In this document: in pieces, positions 42,990 through 54,147 of the stretch
Numbering within the stretch: position 1 is the stretch's first letter
Layout: each line of letters opens with the position of its first letter
Assembly (NCBI GenBank): GCA_046598305.1
Contig: JBKJIS010000028.1
Location: forward strand, 1-59,081
DNA: 59,081 bases
Origin: Thiobacillus sp.
Lineage (GTDB): Bacteria; Pseudomonadota; Gammaproteobacteria; Burkholderiales; Thiobacillaceae
Reading direction: 5' to 3'
Program-made: the position numbers and the translations under genes
Notes under the pieces: generated by a model
What the model was told of the DNA's origin: nothing
Seen by the model: only the letters and a program-made list of their open reading frames with translations
Database searches by the model: none

Positions 42990-43958
42990 GTGTCTCTGGA
43001 GAGCCTGCAATCCTTCCTGACTGACGACATGCATGCCGTCGACCAAGTCATCCGCGAAAGCCTGTATTCCGATGTGGTGTTGATTCGCCAGGTCTCCGAG
43101 TACATCATTAATAGCGGAGGCAAACGCCTGCGCCCTGCATTGGTGCTTCTGGCAGCCGGCTGTTTTAAATACCAGGGCCGTACTCACCACGAGCTCGCTG
43201 CCGTCGTTGAGTTCATTCACACCGCCACCCTGCTTCACGACGATGTGGTTGACGAGTCCGAACTGCGGCGCGGCCGCGAAACTGCCAATGCCCTGTTTGG
43301 CAATGCCAGCAGCGTACTGGTGGGTGACTTTCTGTACTCGCGCGCATTCCAGATGATGGTCACCATCGACAATATGGAAGTCATGCGCATCCTGTCCGAT
43401 GCCACCAACACCATTGCCGAAGGCGAAGTGCTGCAATTGCTCAATTGCCACGACCCCGACATCGACGAAGAAAATTACCTGCGCGTCATCCGTTACAAGA
43501 CCGCCAAGCTGTTTGAAGCCGCAGGGCGGCTGGGCGCGGTCATCGGTGGCGGTACGGAAGAAGAGAAAGACGCACTGGCCCGCTATGGCATGCATCTCGG
43601 CACCGCATTTCAGCTGGTCGACGATGTGCTCGACTACTCCGGTGACTTTCTCAAGACGGGCAAGAACATCGGCGACGACCTTGCCGAAGGCAAACCCACT
43701 CTGCCGCTGCTGTATGCGATGAAGCACGGAACAGCCGAGCAGACCGCCAGCATCCGCAAGGCGATCAAGCACGGCGGATTAACCGAGTTCCAGAGCGTTC
43801 TCGCCGCAATCAAGGATACGCGCGCCCTGCAGTACACGCGCGAAGCCGCAAAACGCGAAGCCGAAACCGCCAATGCAGCTATTTCTTGCTTGCCTGATTC
43901 AAATTCCAAATCAGCTTTGATACAATTAGCGGCTTTCGCGGTTGACCGTAGTTTTTAA
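42990..43958 (+). CDS. ispB: Octaprenyl diphosphate synthase
   Basis: GGKRLRP, TLLHDDVVD, FQLVDDVLDY, GKNIGDDLAEGK; divergent from rplU. Confidence 0.93.
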   Translation: MSLESLQSFLTDDMHAVDQVIRESLYSDVVLIRQVSEYIINSGGKRLRPALVLLAAGCFKYQGRTHHELAAVVEFIHTATLLHDDVVDESELRRGRETANALFGNASSVLVGDFLYSRAFQMMVTIDNMEVMRILSDATNTIAEGEVLQLLNCHDPDIDEENYLRVIRYKTAKLFEAAGRLGAVIGGGTEEEKDALARYGMHLGTAFQLVDDVLDYSGDFLKTGKNIGDDLAEGKPTLPLLYAMKHGTAEQTASIRKAIKHGGLTEFQSVLAAIKDTRALQYTREAAKREAETANAAISCLPDSNSKSALIQLAAFAVDRSF

Positions 43959-44050
43959 CAAGCACGTAGTCTTTAAAACAAGCGCACAATTTTCACTCCC
44001 GTTAGTTCTTCAAACAGAGTTTCAGCACATCACTGATCTCGCATCTGCCT

Positions 44051-44128
<78 letters not shown>

Positions 44129-44277
44129 TTTTAGATTCTGGTTCAATCTCCAGGACAGGCTCATTTGTGGCGTGCCACACGAGCCACCTCCCTCCCAAAC
44201 CAAATTGACACAAAAACTGTACGGATTTACGGCGCACCGATACGGCTAGAATGTCGTTTTTAACGCAGGAGCGCCAC

Positions 44278-44529
44278 ATGTCCGAACCCGTCGTCTTTGA
44301 TAAAAACCCCGCCGAACTTGAACTCGAACCGGGTGAATACTGGTGGTGTTCGTGTGGCCGCTCGATGACGCAGCCGTTTTGTGACGGCTCGCACGAAGGC
44401 ACCGACATGGAACCCGTGTCGTTTGTGGTCGAAGAGAAAACCACTGTTTGGCTTTGCAACTGCAAGCACACCCAAACCAAACCCTTCTGTGACGGTTCGC
44501 ACAACGATCTGCCCGACGATATTTTCTAA
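44278..44529 (+). CDS. Double CDGSH iron-sulfur domain protein
   Basis: CSCGRS..QPFCDGSH and CNCKHT..KPFCDGSH; RBS AGGAG. Confidence 0.9.
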   Translation: MSEPVVFDKNPAELELEPGEYWWCSCGRSMTQPFCDGSHEGTDMEPVSFVVEEKTTVWLCNCKHTQTKPFCDGSHNDLPDDIF

Positions 44530-44562
44530 TCTCACTTTCTTGCCCATACCAAGAAGGCAAGC

Positions 44563-44800
44563 CTGCCTATCGAACTGACAGCTCTTTGGCCCGAACTGTT
44601 ATTGCCGTTTGCTTGGGGTGGCCTGGTCAGCGCGGACGGGTCGGCCTGGTGTTTTCGCTGGTGGGTGCGGCGGGGGATTCTGGCCTCATTTGCTCTGACC
44701 TCCGTGTTAGGCCTCACCGACGCCAACCAGGTCAAACCCATGGCCCAGGGACTCACCCTGGCCACCCCACTGATCGCTGCACCCCATTACCTGCGACAGT
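44563..44800 (+). pseudogene. Frameshifted N-terminal fragment of a membrane transporter (TauE/SafE-like)
   Basis: Stitched frames read ELLLPFAWGGLV / GLVFSLVGAAG / ILASFALTSVLGLTDANQVKPMAQGLTLATPLIA; no ATG start; truncated. Family call is inference. Confidence 0.4.
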
Positions 44801-45049
44801 TACAGCGGCGCGCCCAAAATGGCGCCGACGTCGATTTCCTGGTTGACGGCGGCATTACCGGTACCCGCAAAAATCGCCAGCAAGGGCACCAGGGTTTCGG
44901 GCATGGCAGTGCCGACCGCGGCAAATATGGAGCCGGTGATGCCTTCGGAAATTTTTTAGTTTTTCGCCGAGATGTTCAAGCGCGTTGACAAATATTTCTG
45001 CCGCTACGAGGATGACAAGCAGATAACCGAAGAGTTCGAGAAACAGCAT
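44793..45049 (-). pseudogene. Truncated sodium:calcium antiporter (CaCA family) fragment
   Basis: MLFLELFGYLLVILVAAEIFVNALEHLGEKLK, a frameshift, then ISEGITGSIFAAVGTAMPET...GAILGAPL* (alpha-1 repeat GTxxPE). Confidence 0.7.
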
Positions 45050-45110
45050 GCGCGTCAACCTGGAGGAGGAAAACAATACTGCCAGCCCCGGGAATCCACC
45101 AACAGGATTT

Positions 45111-45443
45111 ATGCGCCTCGCTGAGGGCGAGTTTCACGCGCGTCTCGCCGCATGTGCTGGTCTGGCGGTGGTGCTGTTCAGTTCGCCCCACTGCGGCGCA
45201 TGCCGGGCCTGGAAGCTACGGCTACCCAAAGCGCTGGCCAACATGGCTCACGCATTTTACGAAGTCGATGTCAGTGAAGCCACCGGGGTGGCGCGCTACT
45301 TCGGCATTTTTCATCTGCCTACGATCTATCTGTATCGTGATGGACAGTTTCATGCCGAGTTGCAGTGCGAAGCTGATCCAGAACGTATCCAGAAGGCTGT
45401 TAAACAGGTGCTGTTGGCCCCGGCGCAGGACGAGCCTGACTAG
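45111..45443 (+). CDS. Thioredoxin-family protein
   Basis: VVLFSSPHCGAC (CxxC), cis-Pro motif HLPT; RBS AGGA before ATG 45111. Confidence 0.8.
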   Translation: MRLAEGEFHARLAACAGLAVVLFSSPHCGACRAWKLRLPKALANMAHAFYEVDVSEATGVARYFGIFHLPTIYLYRDGQFHAELQCEADPERIQKAVKQVLLAPAQDEPD

Positions 45444-45451
45444 GCAGAGAA

Positions 45452-45904
45452 TCAGGCTAACCCGCGTCCCAGAAACACCACGGCGATGGTCAGCAAGCCG
45501 ATGCTGAGATTGATGCCGATCTGTATGCGGATTTGCGCGAGCGCGGCGGCGCCGGCGTCCCAGTCCTGCTGGCCGAGCGCGCGACCAAGTTTTTTGTAGG
45601 GCGAGAAAAACATGTGCGCGAAAATCAGCATCATCGCCACCCCCATCACCAGCATGGCAAGCACGTAGTGCGGCGGCGGCATCCCGCCAGGCTTCAGCAT
45701 CATGGCCAGACCGGTCAGCAGAATCAGCCCCACCGACGCCCACACCCAAGGGAAGAACTTGCCGAACACGCCCGCCCACAGCGTCAATCGTTGCGGCGTC
45801 TCCAGCACACTGGCGGCCACCGGGCGCAGCGCCATGTAGGCGAAGAACATGCCGCCCACCCATACAACGACACTCAAAACATGCAGGAACAAAAACAGCG
45901 TCAT
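45452..45904 (-). CDS. CopD-like integral membrane protein
   Basis: LHVLSVVVWVGGMFFAY..LRP, FFPWVW. Confidence 0.7.
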   Translation of the reverse strand: MTLFLFLHVLSVVVWVGGMFFAYMALRPVAASVLETPQRLTLWAGVFGKFFPWVWASVGLILLTGLAMMLKPGGMPPPHYVLAMLVMGVAMMLIFAHMFFSPYKKLGRALGQQDWDAGAAALAQIRIQIGINLSIGLLTIAVVFLGRGLA

Positions 45905-45915
45905 GGGATGACCTT

Positions 45916-46521
45916 TCAGAACAAAGTGGTTTGAGTGAGCAAACGTTTAACCGGCGCGAAGCTGCGCCGATGCTGCGGACAGGCGCCGTGTACCCGCAAG
46001 GCCGCCAGATGCGCGACGGTACCATAGCCCATGTGCCGGGAAAAGCCGTAGGCGGGATAATCGTGGTGCAAGGTGCACATGAACTGGTCGCGTGCGGTTT
46101 TGGCCAGGATCGACGCTGCTGCAATCGACGCGACTTTATCGTCGCCCTTGACCACGGCCTGCGAACGCCACGCCCACTTGGGGCAGCGATTGCCGTCCAC
46201 CCACACGTCGTCCGGTGCACGATTCAACCCTGCCACGGCACGCTCCATGGCCAGCAGGGTGGCCTGCAGAATGTTCAGTTGATCGATCTCTTCCACACTG
46301 GCTTCGGCCACACACCAGGCGATTGCGTGCGTGCGAATTTCGTCAGCCAGGCGTTCACGCGCGGCGGCGGAGAGTTTTTTAGAATCGCGCAGGCCTTCAA
46401 TGCGTTGATCGGGGTCAAGCATCACCGCCGCAGCCACCACGGGCCCTGCCAAAGGGCCTCGCCCAGCCTCATCAACGCCGCACAAACCCAGGGGCCCCCA
46501 ATGCAGTTCGATGTGCGTCAT
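45916..46521 (-). CDS. rnhB: Ribonuclease HII
   Basis: [35 protein letters not shown]. Confidence 0.95.
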   Translation of the reverse strand: MTHIELHWGPLGLCGVDEAGRGPLAGPVVAAAVMLDPDQRIEGLRDSKKLSAAARERLADEIRTHAIAWCVAEASVEEIDQLNILQATLLAMERAVAGLNRAPDDVWVDGNRCPKWAWRSQAVVKGDDKVASIAAASILAKTARDQFMCTLHHDYPAYGFSRHMGYGTVAHLAALRVHGACPQHRRSFAPVKRLLTQTTLF

Positions 46522-47645
46522 GACAAATAAGGATGGAGCGCTTCGGCAATGCGCGCGCTGGCGCCTTGCTGCAAGCTCAGGTGCAGGGTGCGGAAAGTTT
46601 CATGCAGCTGAAGCCGACGCGGCGCATCGTCAAGCCAGGCTAACGCATCATTGGCCAACGCTTCAGGTGTCGCGGCGTCTTGCAACCGTTCCGGCACCAC
46701 GAATTCACGCAACAACACATTGGGCAACCCAACCCACGGCTGCAATGCCTGTTTCAGCATCATGCGTGCAGTTATTGCCGGCATACGATAGGTGATTACC
46801 ATGGGCTTCTTGAACAACGCGGCCTCGAGCGTGGCTGTACCAGACGCCACCAGCGTCACATCACACGCTGCCAACGCCGTGTGCGACTGCCCAGCCAGAA
46901 CATGTAAGGGAACATCCAGGCCTTGTGCGGCTTGCCGGATCAATTGCGCGGCGGCTTCATGTGCAGCGGGCACGACAAACTGCGCATCGGGATGATGGTT
47001 CAAAATTAACACAGCCGCATCGAGCATCAAACGCGCGTGGCGGGCTACTTCGCTCAACCTGCTGCCGGGGAGCAACGCAATAATGGGGCCTCCCGAGGCC
47101 AAGCCCAATGACGCGCGCGCGGCGGCCACATCAGGCTCCATCGGGATGACATCTGCGAGGGGATGACCCACATAGGTGACGGGAATGCCTGCGTCCCGGT
47201 AAATCCTTTCCTCAAACGGAAAAACCACCAGCATATGCGACACCGCCTGCTTGATGCGGTGGATGCGCTCGGGTCGCCACGCCCAGATCGACGGGCTGAC
47301 AAAGTGTACGGTTGGAATGCCCGCGCATTTAAGTTTTGCTTCCAGCGTGAAATTGAAATCGGGTGCGTCGATCCCCACGAAAACACGTGGCCGATTGTTC
47401 AGGAAATGACGGGCAATCCGCGAACGTATCCACAGCAATTCAGGTAAATGGCGCAGGACTTCGACATAGCCGTTCACTGCCAGTTTTTCACTTGGGTAAA
47501 TCGCTTCGACGCCGGCTTCGATAAGCCTGGGGCCGGCTATGCCTGCTGCGCGCAAGTTGGGATGTGCCTGCTTCAGCGCATTGATAAAATGCGCGCCAAG
47601 AAGATCACCAGAGGCTTCTCCAGCGACCAGGCCCAAATCCATCAC
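46518..47645 (-). CDS. lpxB: Lipid-A-disaccharide synthase
   Basis: [36 protein letters not shown]. Confidence 0.95.
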   Translation of the reverse strand: MMDLGLVAGEASGDLLGAHFINALKQAHPNLRAAGIAGPRLIEAGVEAIYPSEKLAVNGYVEVLRHLPELLWIRSRIARHFLNNRPRVFVGIDAPDFNFTLEAKLKCAGIPTVHFVSPSIWAWRPERIHRIKQAVSHMLVVFPFEERIYRDAGIPVTYVGHPLADVIPMEPDVAAARASLGLASGGPIIALLPGSRLSEVARHARLMLDAAVLILNHHPDAQFVVPAAHEAAAQLIRQAAQGLDVPLHVLAGQSHTALAACDVTLVASGTATLEAALFKKPMVITYRMPAITARMMLKQALQPWVGLPNVLLREFVVPERLQDAATPEALANDALAWLDDAPRRLQLHETFRTLHLSLQQGASARIAEALHPYLS

Positions 47646-48418
47646 CGAATAATGCCGCGTTCTGAATGCTCAAGAAAATCGAGCAGTTGCTGTACTTCGG
47701 CATGCGTTGTGGCGCTGAGTGCGAGTTTCGTCTGTGCTTCTGCCAAGGTGTTGCCTTCACGATAGAGGGTTTTGTATGCACGCTTCAACGCTGTGAGCGA
47801 TTCAGCGCTAAAACCGCGCCGCTTGAGGCCTTCGTTATTCAGGCCATGCGGTGCGGCAGGTTGCCCGGAAGCCATGACAAAAGGGGGGATATCCTTGAAC
47901 ACGACGCTGGAGATGCCTGTCATCACATGGGCGCCGATCTTACAGAATTGATGCACCCCGGTGAAACCGCCCAGAATCACCCAGTCGCCAATTTCTGCAT
48001 GGCCTGCCAGTGAAGCATTATTGGCAAAAATGGTGTGGTCGCCCACCACGCAGTCGTGCGCGATATGGACGTAGGCCATGATCCAGTTGTGCGAGCCGAT
48101 GGTGGTCACGCCCCGGTCCTGCACCGTTCCAATATTGAAAGTGCAAAACTCGCGTATGACGTTATGGTCACCGATTTCCAGTCGGGTCGGCTCGCCTGCG
48201 TATTTTTTATCCTGTGGCGCTTCACCCAGTGAGACAAAGTGAAAAATCTGGTTGTGTGCGCCAATGGTGGTATGGCCGGTGATGACGGCGTGGGCGCCGA
48301 CCGTGGTTCCGGCACCTATTTTCACATGTTCACCAATGATGCTGTAGGGGCCAATCTCGACATCATCGGCAAGTTGAGCACCCGCATCGACCAATGCGGT
48401 GGGATGAATCTTGGCCAT
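47642..48418 (-). CDS. lpxA: UDP-N-acetylglucosamine acyltransferase
   Basis: IHPTA, hexapeptide repeats, PQDKKY, MAYVHIAHDC, GLKRRGF. Confidence 0.95.
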   Translation of the reverse strand: MAKIHPTALVDAGAQLADDVEIGPYSIIGEHVKIGAGTTVGAHAVITGHTTIGAHNQIFHFVSLGEAPQDKKYAGEPTRLEIGDHNVIREFCTFNIGTVQDRGVTTIGSHNWIMAYVHIAHDCVVGDHTIFANNASLAGHAEIGDWVILGGFTGVHQFCKIGAHVMTGISSVVFKDIPPFVMASGQPAAPHGLNNEGLKRRGFSAESLTALKRAYKTLYREGNTLAEAQTKLALSATTHAEVQQLLDFLEHSERGIIR

Positions 48419-48419
48419 A

Positions 48420-48863
48420 TCAGGGTTTGTCGCGCAGCGTCGCCATGAGATCGGCTTCGGCCACCAGCGCGCCGTCAACTTCAGCGCGGCCGGTGTATTT
48501 CCAAATGCCGCGCATTTCACGCACGATTTCGATCTTCAGGATCAACTGATCACCCGGCTTGACCGGTTTCTTGAAACGCGCGCCGTCGATGCCGGCAAAA
48601 TAAACGATCCCGATATCCTCGGGCGCGTATCCCTTGGTCTTGAATGACAAAATGGCCGCCGCCTGAGCCATCGCTTCCAGGATCAACACGCCCGGCATCA
48701 CGGGCGAAACAGGAAAGTGACCGGGGAAAAACGGCTCATTGATGGTGACGTTTTTAAGCGCGGTGATGGATTTTCCGAGTTCGAGCTCGGTCACTTTGTC
48801 GATCAACAGGAAAGGGTAGCGATGCGGCAGGTACTGCATGACCTGCTCGATATCCATAATCAT
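48420..48863 (-). CDS. fabZ: 3-hydroxyacyl-ACP dehydratase
   Basis: [30 protein letters not shown]. Confidence 0.95.
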   Translation of the reverse strand: MIMDIEQVMQYLPHRYPFLLIDKVTELELGKSITALKNVTINEPFFPGHFPVSPVMPGVLILEAMAQAAAILSFKTKGYAPEDIGIVYFAGIDGARFKKPVKPGDQLILKIEIVREMRGIWKYTGRAEVDGALVAEADLMATLRDKP

Positions 48864-49891
48864 GATGCATTTTCCAATTCGTTAAGTCGTTTTTCAAGCT
48901 GCTTGATGCGGTCCGCCAGTTTGTCGAGATTACGCATGTGTACGGCATTTTTTTGCCAAACTGTGTGTTCGGAAAAAGGCAGCGCCGAGGTGTAGGTGCC
49001 TGCCTTTGGCAGTGACTTGGTGATCAGGGTGTTGGTTGAAATACGCGACCCGTCTGCAATATCGATATGGCCAATAATCATGGCCGCGCCCCCTATCATG
49101 CAATGGCGACCGATTTTTGCGCTCCCCGCAATCCCTGTGCAAGCAGCAATCGCTGTATGTGCGCCAATGTGCACGTTATGCGCCACCTGAACCAGATTGT
49201 CGAGCTTGACGCCCTCACCAATGATCGTGTCTTCAAGCGCACCGCGATCAATAGTTGTGCACGCGCCGATTTCCACATCGTCAGCGATCAGGACGCGGCC
49301 TATCTGCGGGATTTTCTCCCACCCGCCTTCGGCCGGTGCATAACCAAATCCATCCGAGCCAATCACACAACCTGAATGCAGGATGCATCGCTCCCCGACG
49401 ACACATGCAGGGTAAAGGGTCACATTCGCATGCAGATGACAATCCGCACCGATGCGCACATAGTCACCGACAACACAGTTGGGCCCCACAACCGTTCGCG
49501 CGCCGATATGCGCGCCCTGTCCAATGACCGCTCCGGCTGCAATGCTGGCATCGGCTGCAATCACCGCACCGGGTGCCACGGTTGCCGCTGGGTGTATGCC
49601 TGGCTGAGGACGCAGCGGGGGATTAAGCAGCGCCGACACACGCGCAAAATACAGATAAGGATGGGGGGTGAGAATGCGCGGCAAATCAGTCGCATCGCGC
49701 GCATCCTCAGGCAGGATGACTGCCCCCGCTTCTGTCGAGGACAGTTGGGCCAGATATTTGCTTTGGGAAACGAAGCCTATTTCTTCTGCCGTGGCGCGAT
49801 CCAACGGTGCAACCTGGCACACGGTTCGAGCACCATCACCCACGAGTTCACCACCAAATTTGGCAACCAGGTCTGTCAGCGTGACTTGCAT
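48860..49891 (-). CDS. lpxD: UDP-3-O-acylglucosamine N-acyltransferase
   Basis: Hexapeptide repeats, [27 protein letters not shown]. Confidence 0.95.
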   Translation of the reverse strand: MQVTLTDLVAKFGGELVGDGARTVCQVAPLDRATAEEIGFVSQSKYLAQLSSTEAGAVILPEDARDATDLPRILTPHPYLYFARVSALLNPPLRPQPGIHPAATVAPGAVIAADASIAAGAVIGQGAHIGARTVVGPNCVVGDYVRIGADCHLHANVTLYPACVVGERCILHSGCVIGSDGFGYAPAEGGWEKIPQIGRVLIADDVEIGACTTIDRGALEDTIIGEGVKLDNLVQVAHNVHIGAHTAIAACTGIAGSAKIGRHCMIGGAAMIIGHIDIADGSRISTNTLITKSLPKAGTYTSALPFSEHTVWQKNAVHMRNLDKLADRIKQLEKRLNELENAS

Positions 49892-49919
49892 CGGATGGAC
49901 GGAACTTCCCAAGTTTGAC

Positions 49920-50429
49920 TTATTTTCCGCCCAGTGCCTTCATCACACGGTCAGTGATATCGTTCTTGGGGTCGACATAAACCGCCTGCTCTACGATCAG
50001 GTCATACTTTTCGGCGCGTGCGATTTCCTGGACGGCCTTGCGCGCCCGCTCCTGAATCTGTCCCAGCTCTTCATTGCGACGGAGATTGAGATCTTCACGA
50101 AACTCGCGGCCCTGGCGTTGCAGGTCACGGTTGAGATTACCCAGATCGCGCTCCTTTGTCTTGCGATCACCGTCCGACATGGTCACGCCATCCTTGTCCA
50201 GTTGCGCCTGTATATCGCGGGCTTGCTTGGCGAGTTTCTGCAACTCCTGATCACGCGTAGCGAACTCACGTTCAAGTTTCTTTTGGGCAGAAACGGACAG
50301 CGGAGCTTCACGGATCAAACGCTCGGTGTTAACGAATCCGACCTTGTCCGCCAGAACGGGGGTTGCGAAACATGCAGACACCAGCACGACAGAAAGGGGA
50401 ATTGCAAACGGCTTGAACTTCATCATCAC
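49920..50429 (-). CDS. skp: OmpH/Skp periplasmic chaperone
   Basis: Signal peptide, KVGFVN, coiled coil, DITD.V; position between bamA and lpxD. Confidence 0.9.
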   Translation of the reverse strand: MMMKFKPFAIPLSVVLVSACFATPVLADKVGFVNTERLIREAPLSVSAQKKLEREFATRDQELQKLAKQARDIQAQLDKDGVTMSDGDRKTKERDLGNLNRDLQRQGREFREDLNLRRNEELGQIQERARKAVQEIARAEKYDLIVEQAVYVDPKNDITDRVMKALGGK

Positions 50430-50450
50430 ATACTCCAGTAACGGATAACC

Positions 50451-52787
50451 TTAGAACACATTGCCCAAGGTAAATTGAAACACTTCAGATTTGTCGCCTG
50501 CCTTGCTGACAAGCGGTTGCGCCAAGCTGAATTTAAGCGGGCCGAGTGGCGAGACCCACAGCACGGCTACCCCAGCCGAATAGCGCAAGTCTCCGAACGC
50601 AAAATTCTTATACAACCCATTGTGGTCATTGGGTCCGAAAGAGGCACCTGCATCGACAAAGGCCGACATGCGCAACGACTTGTCATCCTTAAGTCCCGGC
50701 AAAGGGAAGAAGAGTTCCGCATTACCCACAACGCGTTTGTTACCTCCCAGTGCATCACCATTGGCATCCTTGGGTCCCAGCGTACCGTTCTTGAAGCCGC
50801 GTACTGAACTGTTTCCGCCCGCGTAAAAGTTCTTGAAGAACGGAAGCTCTTCGCCCGCAAGACCATCGCCAATCCCCACTTCTCCGTTAATCATGAGCGT
50901 AAAGGTTTTATTCAGAGGGAAGTAATGCTGTTGCTGATACGACAATTTGTAATACTGAAGACTGCCCGCAGGTGTTCCCATTTCCGCAGACACACGCTGA
51001 AGCATGCCTTTGGTCGGGAACAAATAATTGTTGCGGGTATCGCGCGCCCACGATGTATCGAGACGCAGCGTAGTGTCATCACGTTTACCAGTAAGGCCCA
51101 CAAAATTCTGGTATGGGGTGGCGGACACTGGGTTAGGTGCGGCGAGGGTACCAGGATCGTAAGGGGTCAGTGAAATCGAAGTCTGCTCGTAGGTCAGGCC
51201 GAACGAAATGGAATCGCGCTCGTTGAGCGGTACTCCTAGCCGCATGCCCGCACCATAAGTGGATGTCTTATACGCGCTTACATTATCGAGCGAGCTCGAA
51301 TCGACATCGCGCCGGTACAGGTCATAACCCAGGCTGACGCCGTTCAGCGTGAAATAGGGATTGGTAAACGACAATGCATACACAGTATTGACCTTGCCCG
51401 AGTTGATCTGTGCCGATAAGCGATTGCCGGTTCCAAAGACGTTATTCTGGGTAACCGAACCCGACAGCACCAGCCCCTCGGATGAGGAGAATCCGGCACC
51501 TAACATGATGTTACCTGTGGGCTTTTCAGTGACGCTCACATTGACGTCGACCTGATCGGTGGTACCGGACACACCGGGCGTTTCAATATTGACTTCATTG
51601 AAAAAACCAAGCCGGTTGAGCCGGTCACGCGATAAATTTATTTTTCCTGCGTCGTAATACGCGCCTTCCATCTGCCGTACTTCACGACGCACCACTTCAT
51701 CACGAGTTTTCGTGTTGCCAGCCACATTGACGCGGTTTACATAGACGCGACGACCGGGGTCAACAAACAGGGTAAAAGCAACCGTTCCTTTCTCTCTGTC
51801 CAGCTCAGGCACTGCATTGACGTTGGCAAAAGCATAGCCATCATTTCCCAGGCGATCACCCATTTTCTTGGTGGTCTCGGTCAGGCGATCACGTGAGAAC
51901 ACCTCGCCCGGCTTGAAGGTGATGAGCTTTTTCAACTCGGCTTCAGGCACCAGCATCTGCCCTGCAAGCTTGACGTCCGACACTTTGTACTGCGGGCCTT
52001 CGGTCACGTTGATGGTGATGTAAATGCCCTGTTTGTCAGGGGAAATCGAAACCTGACTGGAATCAACATTGAATTCCAGGTAACCGCGATTGAGGTAATA
52101 CGAGCGCAAGACTTCGATATCCCCACTCAGGCGCGTTTTGGAATATTGGTCATTCTTGCTGTACCAGGTCAGCCAGCCCGGGGTGGTCGAGGTAAACAAA
52201 CCCAGCAACTCTTTTTCTTTGAAGGCCTTATTTCCAACGATGCTGATTTGCTGGATTTTAGCGCTACTCCCCTCGACCACATCAAACTGCACGGCAACCC
52301 GGTTGCGCTCGAGTGGGGTCAATGTAGATTTGATCTCGACTGCGTATTTTCCGCGATTGAAATACTGACGCTGCAATTCCTGCTCGGCCTTTTCCAGCAA
52401 GGCCCGGTCGAGTACGCGTCCCTCTGCCAGTCCTGTCTGCTTCAGACCGGTTTTCAAGTCTTCTTCGGAAAATTCCTTGATCCCTAACAGGGTGATTTTC
52501 GAAATGGAGGGGCGTTCTTCAACGGTGACAATCACGACGCCATCGCGCGCTTCCAGCCTTACATCCTTGAAAAAACCGGTGGCGTAGAGTGCCTTGATCG
52601 CCGCTGCGGTTTTTTCGTCGGTCATCATCTCGCCGACTTTCACCGGCAAGTAGCTGAATACGGTTCCAGCCTCGGTACGCTGAATGCCCTCGACCCGGAT
52701 GTCCTTGACGATAAAGGGCTCTGCGGCAAAGACAGGCTGCACAACGAAAACGGCAGCTAAAGCAAGCGTCAAACGGTTCAGAATCAT
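50451..52787 (-). CDS. bamA: Outer membrane protein assembly factor BamA
   Basis: POTRA repeats (DIRVEG.QR), VRGF motif, C-terminal FQFTLGNVF. Confidence 0.96.
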   Translation of the reverse strand: MILNRLTLALAAVFVVQPVFAAEPFIVKDIRVEGIQRTEAGTVFSYLPVKVGEMMTDEKTAAAIKALYATGFFKDVRLEARDGVVIVTVEERPSISKITLLGIKEFSEEDLKTGLKQTGLAEGRVLDRALLEKAEQELQRQYFNRGKYAVEIKSTLTPLERNRVAVQFDVVEGSSAKIQQISIVGNKAFKEKELLGLFTSTTPGWLTWYSKNDQYSKTRLSGDIEVLRSYYLNRGYLEFNVDSSQVSISPDKQGIYITINVTEGPQYKVSDVKLAGQMLVPEAELKKLITFKPGEVFSRDRLTETTKKMGDRLGNDGYAFANVNAVPELDREKGTVAFTLFVDPGRRVYVNRVNVAGNTKTRDEVVRREVRQMEGAYYDAGKINLSRDRLNRLGFFNEVNIETPGVSGTTDQVDVNVSVTEKPTGNIMLGAGFSSSEGLVLSGSVTQNNVFGTGNRLSAQINSGKVNTVYALSFTNPYFTLNGVSLGYDLYRRDVDSSSLDNVSAYKTSTYGAGMRLGVPLNERDSISFGLTYEQTSISLTPYDPGTLAAPNPVSATPYQNFVGLTGKRDDTTLRLDTSWARDTRNNYLFPTKGMLQRVSAEMGTPAGSLQYYKLSYQQQHYFPLNKTFTLMINGEVGIGDGLAGEELPFFKNFYAGGNSSVRGFKNGTLGPKDANGDALGGNKRVVGNAELFFPLPGLKDDKSLRMSAFVDAGASFGPNDHNGLYKNFAFGDLRYSAGVAVLWVSPLGPLKFSLAQPLVSKAGDKSEVFQFTLGNVF

Positions 52788-52794
52788 GTTTATT

Positions 52795-54147
52795 TCATCC
52801 ACCTAACAGGCGTTGCAAATCGTTGAACAGGGCAAAAGACATCAACAGTAGCAAAAAAGCCATGCCGATTCGGCTGCCTATTTCCATGGTGCGTTCAGAC
52901 ACGGATCGACCCGTGAAAACTTCCGCCACATAATACATGAGGTGACCCCCATCCAGTAACGGGATCGGCAGCAGATTCAACACACCCAGGCTCACGCTCA
53001 CAAGCGCCAAAAAACCCACAAAACTTATCCAGCCAAGCGCAGCACTCTGCCCCGCATAGTCTGCAATGGTCAGCGGGCCGGACAGATTTTTCCAGGACAC
53101 TTGCCCCAACACCATACGCCCCATCATTTCGAGGGTGAACAGACTCATGTCCCATGTTTTGATGGCACCTTGCGCCAACGCATCGAGCGGACCGTACCGT
53201 ACTTCGGTCATCAATGTCGCCAGCATGGCTTCGTCAACCTGCGGTCCTGCCCCGATCTTACCCACGCGCTGACCGGCTTCGTCCACGGCATCAGGCACCA
53301 CAGTCAAGCTTGCTCGTTGCCCTTTCCGCACATATTCAATACTCAAAGGCTTGGCAGGATGCTGGCGAATTAATTCCACCCAAGCCTGCCAGTGTGCAAC
53401 GGCTTGGCCGTTGGCAGAAACCAGCCGGTCGCCGGGCTGAAAGCCCGCTCGTTCAGCGGCGCCGTCAGGCAGTACTTTTCCAATCACCGGCTCAATTTCC
53501 GGGTCAAAATGCACGATCCCCAAGGGGCGCAGGGTATCTTGCTCGAGGTTCTCGGTTTCGACAGGATGCGCGTCAAGGTTTACGCTGCGACCGTCTGCCA
53601 GCCCCAATACAACCGGGTCACCTGCCACCCCGGCCCGTAGCAGGCTCAGCCGCAAGTCCTGGAATGTTAAGGTTACGGTACCGTTTACGCTCCGTATTTC
53701 GTCGCCCGCTACCAAACCCGCCTTTGCTGCGAGGGTGCCGGCTGGCGGCTCGCCGATCATGGGTTTGATTGCAGGCAATCCATGCATGAACAAAGCCCAA
53801 TAAAACACGATCGCAAGCAAGAAATTGGCGAGGGGGCCCGCCGCAACTATACCGATTCGTCGCCACACCGAGGCGCGGTTAAAACTGCGGTGCGCCTCGG
53901 CAGCGGGGACTTCGCCTTCGCGCTCGTCGAGCATCTTGACGTAGCCACCGAACGGCAACGCGGCCAGTGACCACTCTGTTTGATCTCGACCAAAACGACG
54001 GCTGATCAGCGGTTTTCCAAAGCCAACTGAAAAACGCAGCACTTTGACACCCGCCAGGCGCGCAGCGAAATAATGGCCCAACTCGTGAAACACGACCAGG
54101 ATACCGATCGCGACCAGAAACCATAAAACAGTGTGCAAAATATTCAT
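52795..54147 (-). CDS. rseP: RIP metalloprotease RseP
   Basis: HELGH, PDZ domains, [12 protein letters not shown]. Confidence 0.95.
   Translation of the reverse strand: MNILHTVLWFLVAIGILVVFHELGHYFAARLAGVKVLRFSVGFGKPLISRRFGRDQTEWSLAALPFGGYVKMLDEREGEVPAAEAHRSFNRASVWRRIGIVAAGPLANFLLAIVFYWALFMHGLPAIKPMIGEPPAGTLAAKAGLVAGDEIRSVNGTVTLTFQDLRLSLLRAGVAGDPVVLGLADGRSVNLDAHPVETENLEQDTLRPLGIVHFDPEIEPVIGKVLPDGAAERAGFQPGDRLVSANGQAVAHWQAWVELIRQHPAKPLSIEYVRKGQRASLTVVPDAVDEAGQRVGKIGAGPQVDEAMLATLMTEVRYGPLDALAQGAIKTWDMSLFTLEMMGRMVLGQVSWKNLSGPLTIADYAGQSAALGWISFVGFLALVSVSLGVLNLLPIPLLDGGHLMYYVAEVFTGRSVSERTMEIGSRIGMAFLLLLMSFALFNDLQRLLGG

Noticed and set aside
44602-44988. 128-aa ORF as a real gene
   Set aside because: A chimeric read-through of the transporter fragment into the antisense strand of the antiporter fragment.
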